NCBI GenBank assembly: GCA_040326155.1 | Contig: JBEQLE010000089.1 | Coordinates: forward strand, 1-14,406 | Direction of reading: 5' to 3' | DNA from: Leptospirales bacterium | GTDB taxonomy: Bacteria > Spirochaetota > Leptospiria > Turneriellales > JAOUFE01 | Length of the DNA: 14,406 nt | Part shown: in pieces, positions 7,834 through 14,406 of the stretch | Layout: the number at the start of each line of letters is the position of its first letter | Position numbering within the stretch: position 1 is the stretch's first letter | Translations under genes and position numbers: made by a program | The notes under the pieces: model-generated | Seen by the model: only the letters and a program-made list of their open reading frames with translations | Databases searched by the model: none | What the model was told of the DNA's origin: nothing

Positions 7834-8172
7834 ATGAAAACTAAAAAGGATAGCATGTCAGTTTTCTCGAAAATCGAAACAGGCTTGAAAGAGGCTGTAG
7901 CATTTGAATCCGGTAAAGGCAAGGCCAGAGTGCAAAGGAGGCAGATAGAAATAACCCCTCTACCACATTACAAAGGAAATACGATAAAACATATAAGAGA
8001 AGAGTTAAATTTGTCACAAAGGATGTTTGCCGGAATTGTCGGTGTCTCCATCAAAACAATTGAATCTTGGGAATCCGGAAAAAGCGAACCAAGTGGTGCA
8101 GCACAGCGATTGTTATCGATTATTAAAAAAGATTCAAATTGTATAGAAAAGTATGAACTAATTAGAACATAG
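7834..8172 (+). CDS. higA: XRE/HTH_3 antitoxin, HigA-2 type
   Basis: N-terminal FSKIETGLKEAV helix; HTH IREELNLSQRMFAGIVGVSIKTIESWESGKSEPSGAAQRLL. Confidence 0.9.
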   Translation: MKTKKDSMSVFSKIETGLKEAVAFESGKGKARVQRRQIEITPLPHYKGNTIKHIREELNLSQRMFAGIVGVSIKTIESWESGKSEPSGAAQRLLSIIKKDSNCIEKYELIRT

Positions 8173-8320
8173 TATTATTGTAAACGCCACTTCAGATAAA
8201 AAGAATCATTAAACACCGTAAAACCGTCGGAAACGCAACGTTCAAAATTGTTATTGATACGTTCACTCCATTTTTGCATGTTACTTTTCACAAAAACGCT
8301 TTGTAAAAAATTTATCTATT

Positions 8321-10036
8321 ATGCGCATTCATCTACTAAATAATTTTTCCAACATTTCGCAAAAAAATATATTCAAAATCGGTATCGGCATGCTTTCTAT
8401 TTTTACCCTGTCTATATCGTTCTATTATTTGTTTCCCGAAGCATGGAACACCGACTCCGGTTTTTTCCCGGATGGTTGGCAGGGGTTTGCCACCGGGGCG
8501 GACGGTTATTACTATGCATATCAGATAAGGGAATTTTTAGCCAGGGGATATTTTCCGTCTCCGGAGGTTTCACCGGTTTTATACTTTATGGCCTTTCTTG
8601 CAAGTATTCTCGGCAATGTTGTCGCTTCCAATAAATTCGCAGCGATTTTAATTAAAGTGGCTTTTGTGTTTCCCGCATTTTCTATAGGAAGGAGTTTGTT
8701 CAACCCCAGAGCCGGTTTTCTTTTTGCAGTTTTGCTTGTATGTTCTTCTTTTATCAATTATTTTGCCTACCAATACATAAAGAATTTCGGTGCGCTGTTT
8801 TTCTTTTTGTGTTTTCTCGCCGTATTCATTAAGTTTTTACAAAACAGGGAATTCAAAAAGATATTCACTAAGTATACGCTCTCCCTGGCTCTGTTTTTGG
8901 TATTAGCATTTTTGTCTCACAAAACAACCGCGTTTCTCTCTTTACTGACTATAGGCGTTTATCTTCTTTATAAATATATCAATAAGATCTATATTATTAT
9001 TGCCGTGGTCGGGGTTCTCTTTGTTGTCCTGTTTTTAGCGGGTCTCTTTTTGCCGAATTCTATATACCTGGGCGACCTGTTGCGTTTCGAAGGCTACTTT
9101 TCAGGTTCGTTCTCCTGCGCTGCGTGTGAGTATATTGCAAGAGTAGAGCCCTGGCATAAAGTTGAAACGATTTTTTTTCTGTTTTCATTTCCTGTCTTCT
9201 TGTATTTATTTTTTAAAATAAAAAGGAATACAAATTCAGAGAAAAAGATAAGCACAAGCACAGATATAAGTATAAACATCAAACCACAATTTCTCAAACA
9301 AAAAGAACAAAATATAATAGCAATTATAATGGGCCTTATGTTTTTAATAGCGATAAATCCACTGGGTGGGTCAATCGATAACGATATGACGTATCGCCTG
9401 TTTATTCTTCTTTTTATTCCGGGGGCATTTTTTTTAACAGCTATTTTAGATACCGGCATTGACACTATTCAGAGTTTTTTACAAAATGTGAATAACATAT
9501 TTTTAAAGAAATATAGTAGAGTAGTGTTCATGACCTTTCTGGTTATTTTGAGTTTCGTTGTTCTAGCAAACCAGGTGGTATCTGCAAAGCGATTTAATAA
9601 ATCCACTTTGCACGATTATAAACTGTATTCACAGTTAATTCCATTTATGGACGATTTACCGCAAAACTCTCTACTTGTAATTCACCAGGGGTTCGATTAT
9701 TTTTACTGGTATTATACCGGTAAAAAAGCGTTTCATTTTATGCCAGAAAAAAAACATGAAGATCGTCCGCTATACAGGCTGGCCTGGGGTATTCCCCGAA
9801 ATGGGTTTACACGAGTGATCGAAAACTCGGCTCACGCCGACCAATTGAGTTTCGTAAAATATTTACCCGGTAACTATATTCTTTTAAAAGAAGAGACATG
9901 GCGTCATTATCTGGGTTCCCTTGCTCCCGAAGAAAAAGAAAAACACCGAAACTGGCGAAACCCTCATACATATAGAAAAGAGTACTTGCTTCGAAATCAG
10001 AAGTTTCGTACGAAAGAAACGGTAAGCCCGAAATAA
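8321..10036 (+). CDS. Polytopic membrane protein, possible GT-C fold (PMT/ArnT/STT3-like) glycosyltransferase
   Basis: 571 aa with roughly 11-13 hydrophobic segments, GADGYYY in the first extracytoplasmic loop and a soluble C-terminal domain. The CDS is secure; the family is an inference. Confidence 0.55.
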   Translation: MRIHLLNNFSNISQKNIFKIGIGMLSIFTLSISFYYLFPEAWNTDSGFFPDGWQGFATGADGYYYAYQIREFLARGYFPSPEVSPVLYFMAFLASILGNVVASNKFAAILIKVAFVFPAFSIGRSLFNPRAGFLFAVLLVCSSFINYFAYQYIKNFGALFFFLCFLAVFIKFLQNREFKKIFTKYTLSLALFLVLAFLSHKTTAFLSLLTIGVYLLYKYINKIYIIIAVVGVLFVVLFLAGLFLPNSIYLGDLLRFEGYFSGSFSCAACEYIARVEPWHKVETIFFLFSFPVFLYLFFKIKRNTNSEKKISTSTDISINIKPQFLKQKEQNIIAIIMGLMFLIAINPLGGSIDNDMTYRLFILLFIPGAFFLTAILDTGIDTIQSFLQNVNNIFLKKYSRVVFMTFLVILSFVVLANQVVSAKRFNKSTLHDYKLYSQLIPFMDDLPQNSLLVIHQGFDYFYWYYTGKKAFHFMPEKKHEDRPLYRLAWGIPRNGFTRVIENSAHADQLSFVKYLPGNYILLKEETWRHYLGSLAPEEKEKHRNWRNPHTYRKEYLLRNQKFRTKETVSPK

Positions 10037-10262
10037 ACAACGCAAGTCATAATATTATTGCGACACTTCGCCGACTGGTTCATTTGTATTCAGAAGTTAT
10101 TGTTCAGATGAAGCAAAACTTTGTGTGGTAGATTTTCAGCGATTAAAATTAATAAGACCATTATTCTTTGACTTTTTTATATGAATACGTATTTTGTATA
10201 TAGAGACTTATATTGATATCTAAATCCTACAATTTGATGCGTAAAAATATCAGGAGGATAAC

Positions 10263-11324
10263 ATGAGCAAAAGGACAGGTTTTTTATTACGAATAATTGC
10301 AGTTAGTTTTACCATGGGAATGGTAAGTTATTGCGCCAGCAACGGTGGTGGCGGTAATAATGGAGGAGGGGGAAGTGGTTCTTCTGCTGGAGATACTACA
10401 ACGGAGACGGTAGATGGGGTAGCCTTCAACATGGTCTACGTTCCCGGTAAAACGACATTTACCGATACCGCTGACGGAACACAGGCAACGGTAGCCGATG
10501 CTTACGAGATCGCTGATACAGAGGTAACTTATGAACTATGGAACGCCGTACATACCTGGGCGACAACTGGTGATGGGGTGCCTGTAAGTACAGGCGAAGC
10601 CGCTTATACTTTTTCGAACGCGGGGACTATGGGTGACAACGGAGCTAGAACCAACCAGCACCCGGTTACCACTATAAATTGGCGCGATGCTATGGTCTGG
10701 ACCAACGCCCTGACTGAATACTACAACGCCCAAAATGGAACTACACTTCAGGTTGTCTATTACTCCGATGGGGATAGTTCATATGCGACTCCCCTCAGAG
10801 ACTCTAGCGATTCCGGAATATGCTCGGCGGCGGCAACCAGTACAACGGCAGGTCAATGTGATAACCCGGATGTAAAAAGTAGCGCCAAAGGGTTTCGTCT
10901 GCCTACAACGGATGAATGGGAACTGGCTGCAAGGTATATATCTGATTCGAACAATGATGGCGATATAATGGATACTGACGAATATTACCCCGGTAATTAT
11001 GCCAGTGGGGCAACGCTTTCCACTACAAATTTTGCAGCGACAAGTCTTGTTGCCTGGTTTGGAAATTCTGTGGTAGTTGGAACTGGAAATACAACCACAA
11101 CCCAGCTTGTGGCAACTAAAACCGCCAATGCTCTGGAGCTTTACGATATGAGTGGCAATGTCTGGGAGTGGAGTTTTGATTGGTTTACAGTCGATTCGAA
11201 TCGTCTGGTCCGTGGGGGTAGCTGGTTTTTTTCAGCAACGAACGCACGAATTGGTGTCTTGTTCACCTACTTTCCGTACTTAGAGTTCAACCACATTGGG
11301 TTTCGCCCTGCGAGGAATTCTTAA
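10263..11324 (+). CDS. FGE-sulfatase/SUMF1 (C-type lectin fold) lipoprotein; candidate DGR target protein
   Basis: RBS AGGAGG 10252..10257; signal ending VSYC then a Gly/Ser linker; TEVTYELW, HPVTTINWRDA, GFRLPTTDEWELAAR, YDMSGNVWEW, RGGSW...IGFR motifs. Confidence 0.93.
   Translation: MSKRTGFLLRIIAVSFTMGMVSYCASNGGGGNNGGGGSGSSAGDTTTETVDGVAFNMVYVPGKTTFTDTADGTQATVADAYEIADTEVTYELWNAVHTWATTGDGVPVSTGEAAYTFSNAGTMGDNGARTNQHPVTTINWRDAMVWTNALTEYYNAQNGTTLQVVYYSDGDSSYATPLRDSSDSGICSAAATSTTAGQCDNPDVKSSAKGFRLPTTDEWELAARYISDSNNDGDIMDTDEYYPGNYASGATLSTTNFAATSLVAWFGNSVVVGTGNTTTTQLVATKTANALELYDMSGNVWEWSFDWFTVDSNRLVRGGSWFFSATNARIGVLFTYFPYLEFNHIGFRPARNS
11196..11324 (+). other. Putative DGR variable region (VR) with conserved 3' end
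   Basis: SNRLVRGGSW-FFS-A-TN-ARIG-V-L-FTYF-P-YL-E-FNH-IGFRPAR. The variable slots hold mainly NNY codons, as expected from AAY templates. No template repeat seen in the window. Confidence 0.6.
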
Positions 11325-11386
11325 AACTAGCTGAGTATATATAATAGTCATTTGCTTAAAGTTTTTTAGAAAGATACCAGACTGCG

Positions 11387-11413
11387 TATCTCATCCTGAG
11401 ATATACTTATGCA
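11387..11413 (+). promoter_or_regulatory. Operator palindrome and -10 element of a decayed higBA operon
   Basis: TATCTCA-TCC-TGAGATA at 11387..11403; TATACT 11402..11407, 6 nt, GTG 11414; -35 degenerate. Confidence 0.6.
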
Positions 11414-11515
11414 GTGCATGTTATCAGTAAGAAGAAGATTGTGGATTTTGCCAAAATTCATCCGAACTCAAAATCGGCCCTGAAGTTGAACGAAACATCA
11501 GGGCCATTGACTTAA
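11414..11515 (+). pseudogene. higB: N-terminal remnant of a HigB toxin (E. coli HigB/YgjN type)
   Basis: Hand translation MHVISKKKIVDFAKIHPNSKSALKLNETSGPLT*. The first ~24 aa match the MHVISxKxLxxFxxxHPxxxxxL start of this family; no antitoxin follows. Confidence 0.75.
11470..11505 (-). terminator. Intrinsic terminator-like hairpin of the tetR-lnt operon
   Basis: Minus strand reads GGCCCTGATGTT-TCGTTC-AACTTCAGGGCC-GATTTT, starting 13 nt after the stop at 11519. Confidence 0.65.
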
Positions 11516-11518
11516 GTT

Positions 11519-13024
11519 TTAAGATTTAATTTTTCGAAATGCTACAATTCCCACAAATAGGATTGAAATACAATTCAATATTACAAACCAATCGCCAAAT
11601 GTTTTATATATTGTCATTATTGGTTCAATCGGAACGGAGGCAATTAAGATCTTGTCATTGTCTTCATGCCAGGGTAAAGAGCCTCGAATTCTACCGTATG
11701 CATCATACATTTGAGAAGTGGCTCCACGTACAGATCGGGTTATGGAATAACCTTGTTCAATGCCTCTTAGTCGGGTCATTTGAGTGTGGTATGGGTCAAT
11801 GCCTCGCCAGTCTGATGATGGAATAGCGACCATACCTGCTTCGTTGTCCCCATGATCGTTTGTAATTTTCATAGAATCAAAGTCATAACAGATGGCCCCG
11901 CCAATGATGAATTGTTGAGAGTTGTGTGTAATCGTGATGGGTAATATCGGACCAGGTTCTGGGGTGACTGGTTCTCCTGGAACGATAAATTGCTTGGAGT
12001 ACTTAAAGGTTCGACCTTCCGAATCTACAAACAAAAGTCGATTATTGAATTTTTCATGTAAACCATTGAAAATAAGATAACCTGCCATAATATGCACTTT
12101 TTTTTGTAACGCAAGTTGTTTAATCTTTTCTTCAAAGCTTTCTTCTTCGCCGGGGTTCAATATAATAGACCCTTCATTCGTAATGACCATCTCCGCTTTT
12201 TGATTAGAAGCTTTCTCTATGAGGTCATACACTTCGTTGTTGTTTCCATTTCTTGCTTTATTACCGAGATCACCAGTTTGTGAAATATCTTGAATACTGT
12301 AATCTTTCGCTGAAACAGTGGCTACTCGCATAGTTGCACCCTGGCCTTGAAAATCCAGGCGAATTCCTCCATAGGAAAACACTAAAATATTTAAAACTAG
12401 AACTCCCATTCCTGCTTTTAATACTCTAGACGTTGGTGATTTACCTTGTGTCAAAGAGTATATAATTGATTCGCTCATCGATGCGGTTAAACACATTAGA
12501 AAACTAATGCCATAAGCACCCGTGATAGAAGCAAGTTGAAGTAGCGGAAGATTTTCCAGTTGAGTATTGGCGATCATTCCCCATACACCCAGACCTGAAA
12601 ATTGTGCAATCACATATTCCCCGACTGTTATTAAAGAAGCAAAGCTCACCGAAACGATAATTTCGGAATACTTTTGTTTGCGACTTTCTAGTTGATGTCG
12701 AATTTTCTCAACTATAAATAAAACGATCCAGGTGAATATCGCTGCTTGTATACCTGCCATAGCTGCTATTGCTATATGCAGTGGCTCTGACGTAATTTTC
12801 AAATATTGGCCGACAAATGCGATCAGCATAACAAGGAGTAGAATACTTTTTTTGTATCCAACTCTCATATATAAAAGTAATGGAATTGGAAACAACCAGC
12901 CCATAATCGGAATATTCCAACGCATTCCGGCTCCCAGGATGCAGATTGCCGATAAAGTCAGAAGTACAGATTTAGACAGTAGTAAGACATTACTGCTTTT
13001 ATTATTTTCTAGTGTAGTGTTCAT
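11519..13024 (-). CDS. Apolipoprotein N-acyltransferase-like protein (membrane domain plus nitrilase/CN-hydrolase domain)
   Basis: N-terminal TM bundle with WGMIANTQ...LLQLASITGAYGISF; Glu-Lys-Cys triad TNEGS / YSKQFIVPGE / AICYD; RGIEQG; C-terminal TIYKTFGDWF plus TM. ATG 13024 follows AGGAG, 1 nt after the tetR stop. Confidence 0.85.
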   Translation of the reverse strand: MNTTLENNKSSNVLLLSKSVLLTLSAICILGAGMRWNIPIMGWLFPIPLLLYMRVGYKKSILLLVMLIAFVGQYLKITSEPLHIAIAAMAGIQAAIFTWIVLFIVEKIRHQLESRKQKYSEIIVSVSFASLITVGEYVIAQFSGLGVWGMIANTQLENLPLLQLASITGAYGISFLMCLTASMSESIIYSLTQGKSPTSRVLKAGMGVLVLNILVFSYGGIRLDFQGQGATMRVATVSAKDYSIQDISQTGDLGNKARNGNNNEVYDLIEKASNQKAEMVITNEGSIILNPGEEESFEEKIKQLALQKKVHIMAGYLIFNGLHEKFNNRLLFVDSEGRTFKYSKQFIVPGEPVTPEPGPILPITITHNSQQFIIGGAICYDFDSMKITNDHGDNEAGMVAIPSSDWRGIDPYHTQMTRLRGIEQGYSITRSVRGATSQMYDAYGRIRGSLPWHEDNDKILIASVPIEPIMTIYKTFGDWFVILNCISILFVGIVAFRKIKS

Positions 13025-13025
13025 T

Positions 13026-13772
13026 TTAATCTCCTTTGGTTTGTTTTTTTTCACTTCTTTTTCTTGTACTGGTTTTAGATAAGTCAGTTTGCTTTGTATA
13101 CGGGTGAAGCATTAGTTGAATGGCCTTTCTATAATTTTCAGAAAGGCTGGATGTTCCTGTGTTCGTAGTTAATATTGGTATGCCAAAAAAGATTGCCGCC
13201 AGGCCCAGGGTCAGGGCATTCGTATCAGAATCTGGTGAAATCTCTCCATTCTTTTTTGCATACTTCAGATTTGAATTTAAAACAGGCGCAATTCCTTGAT
13301 CCGGTAGTTTTTTGAGTATATCAGCATTACCAAATAGAATACATTTTTCGGCAAGACTTACTGGTTTCATTTTCAGACTAGAATCATCTGTTTCGTTTTT
13401 TGCTCTATAGGCAACGACTTGCCGTAGCAAATTCGGATTCTGGTCAGAACGTTTCGCTGTATACTCAAACAAACTATAAATTCGTTTAACGCCAGGGGTA
13501 AGTTCGTATGCATGAAGTTGTACATCGACACTCCATAAACTGATAAAGTATAGAAATAGATCATCTTTTTTTGGAAAATAATTGTAAAATGATTGTTCCG
13601 AAATTTCAGCAGTTCGACATAAGTCTTTAATTCGTATATCTTCATAATTTGTATCTTTAATAGAATCAACAAAAACGCGCAATACCGATAAACGTGCCCT
13701 TCCATATTTTATATCTCTTATTGAGAATTCAGAGATGTTTTCTTCTGCATACTTGCCAAATAAATTCTTCAT
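13026..13772 (-). CDS. TetR/AcrR family transcriptional regulator
   Basis: HTH YEDIRIKDLCRTAEISEQSFYNYFPKKDDLF; C-terminal AKKNGEISPD. Confidence 0.92.
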   Translation of the reverse strand: MKNLFGKYAEENISEFSIRDIKYGRARLSVLRVFVDSIKDTNYEDIRIKDLCRTAEISEQSFYNYFPKKDDLFLYFISLWSVDVQLHAYELTPGVKRIYSLFEYTAKRSDQNPNLLRQVVAYRAKNETDDSSLKMKPVSLAEKCILFGNADILKKLPDQGIAPVLNSNLKYAKKNGEISPDSDTNALTLGLAAIFFGIPILTTNTGTSSLSENYRKAIQLMLHPYTKQTDLSKTSTRKRSEKKQTKGD

Positions 13773-13830
13773 ATAAATAATATAGTAAACTATAGATATA
13801 TTGTCAACTAAAAACTTATAGTTAACTATA
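13773..13830 (-). promoter_or_regulatory. tetR promoter (probably leaderless) with two operator palindromes
   Basis: Minus-strand TTGACA 13807..13802, 17 bp, TATATT 13784..13779, 6 nt, ATG 13772. Palindromes TATAGTAAACTATA 13781..13794 and TATAGTTAACTATA 13817..13830. Confidence 0.85.
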
Positions 13831-14006
13831 TAAATAATTCTGTTTTAACCACATGGGATCAGTCCCCTAATTAATGTTGGTTATGGTTTATTGGAAAAGG
13901 GGAGATATTATATGAAAATACACTTTTATTTTGGTGCGAGCTTTTTTGGTTGAGCTATTTGTGAGACCCGAAGGCGCGCACGCGCCTGAGCAGATTAAAA
14001 TCTGTT

Positions 14007-14406
14007 GAGTCTGTAGAATAAGTATAGACAAGACTATAATGTCATGTAAAATGCCGTATGGCAAATTACAAGCATACAAATCCGAACCAAGTGGAATTTA
14101 CGGTGATCGATTACAGAAAACAACTAGAAGCAAATCCGATGGCGATGGCAATTGAAGAAATTATCGATACAAAAATTGACTTGAAGATTTTCGACAAACA
14201 ATTTAAAAACGATGAGACAGGGGCTTCGGCATATAATCCCAAAATTATACTTAAAGCGATTTTATACGCTTATACACGTGGCATTATCGGATCCCGGCGC
14301 ATCGCTAAGTTGTGTGAAGAGAACGTGATATTTATGACGCTCGCCGAAAAGCAAGCTCCGCACTACACATATATCGCTGCCTTCGTACACAAGTTTGAAG
14401 ACGAGG
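14007..14406 (+). mobile_element. IS1182-family insertion sequence, left part
   Basis: Transposase from 14058. Candidate left inverted repeat GAGTCTGTAGAATAAGT at 14007..14023; boundary is inferred because the right end is outside the window. Confidence 0.75.
14058..14406 (+). CDS. IS1182-family transposase, N-terminal DUF772 part (runs off the right edge)
   Basis: Not in the ORF track. Hand translation MANYKHTNPNQ...FKNDETGASAYNPKIILKAILYAYTRGIIGSRRIAKLCEENVIFMTLAEKQAPHYTYIAAF. Confidence 0.92.
   Translation, partial: MANYKHTNPNQVEFTVIDYRKQLEANPMAMAIEEIIDTKIDLKIFDKQFKNDETGASAYNPKIILKAILYAYTRGIIGSRRIAKLCEENVIFMTLAEKQAPHYTYIAAFVHKFEDE

Noticed and set aside
13855..13866. GGGAT-CA-GTCCC mini-palindrome
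   Set aside because: Single, short and imperfect; cannot be called a REP from this window.
13888..14079. 63-aa minus-strand ORF
   Set aside because: Crosses the inferred IS boundary and is antisense to the transposase start.
10037..14406. DGR template repeat, reverse transcriptase, avd gene or a strong hairpin right after the VR
   Set aside because: No AAC-rich second copy of the VR and no RT motifs seen. The nearest good palindrome (11387..11403) is better explained as the higB operator.
1..14406. CRISPR arrays, tRNA, rRNA
   Set aside because: No regularly spaced repeats or recognisable stable-RNA sequence seen by eye.

Overview
AT-rich accessory region of a diderm bacterium, possibly a spirochaete (inferred from loose lipoboxes and the protein families present). 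Left to right: a decayed class II UvrA-like ABC ATPase (5'-truncated, in-frame TAA); a start-less zinc-ribbon/2-TM ORF missed by the ORF track; a dinJ-yafQ toxin-antitoxin pair; a minimal periplasmic nitrate reductase operon napD-napA-napB, whose NapB carries four CxxCH motifs; a CAP-domain lipoprotein; an orphan winged-helix regulator under a 20-bp perfect inverted repeat; a higB2-higA2 pair; a GT-C-like membrane protein; an FGE/SUMF1 (C-type lectin fold) lipoprotein; a HigB remnant; a tetR plus Lnt-like operon with two operators; and the left end of an IS1182-family element. The main candidate is the FGE lipoprotein: its C-terminus looks like a diversity-generating retroelement (DGR) variable region, but I see no template repeat or reverse transcriptase in the window. 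Several TA, regulator and IS genes share an apparent leaderless promoter geometry. All calls come from reading the sequence; no searches were run.
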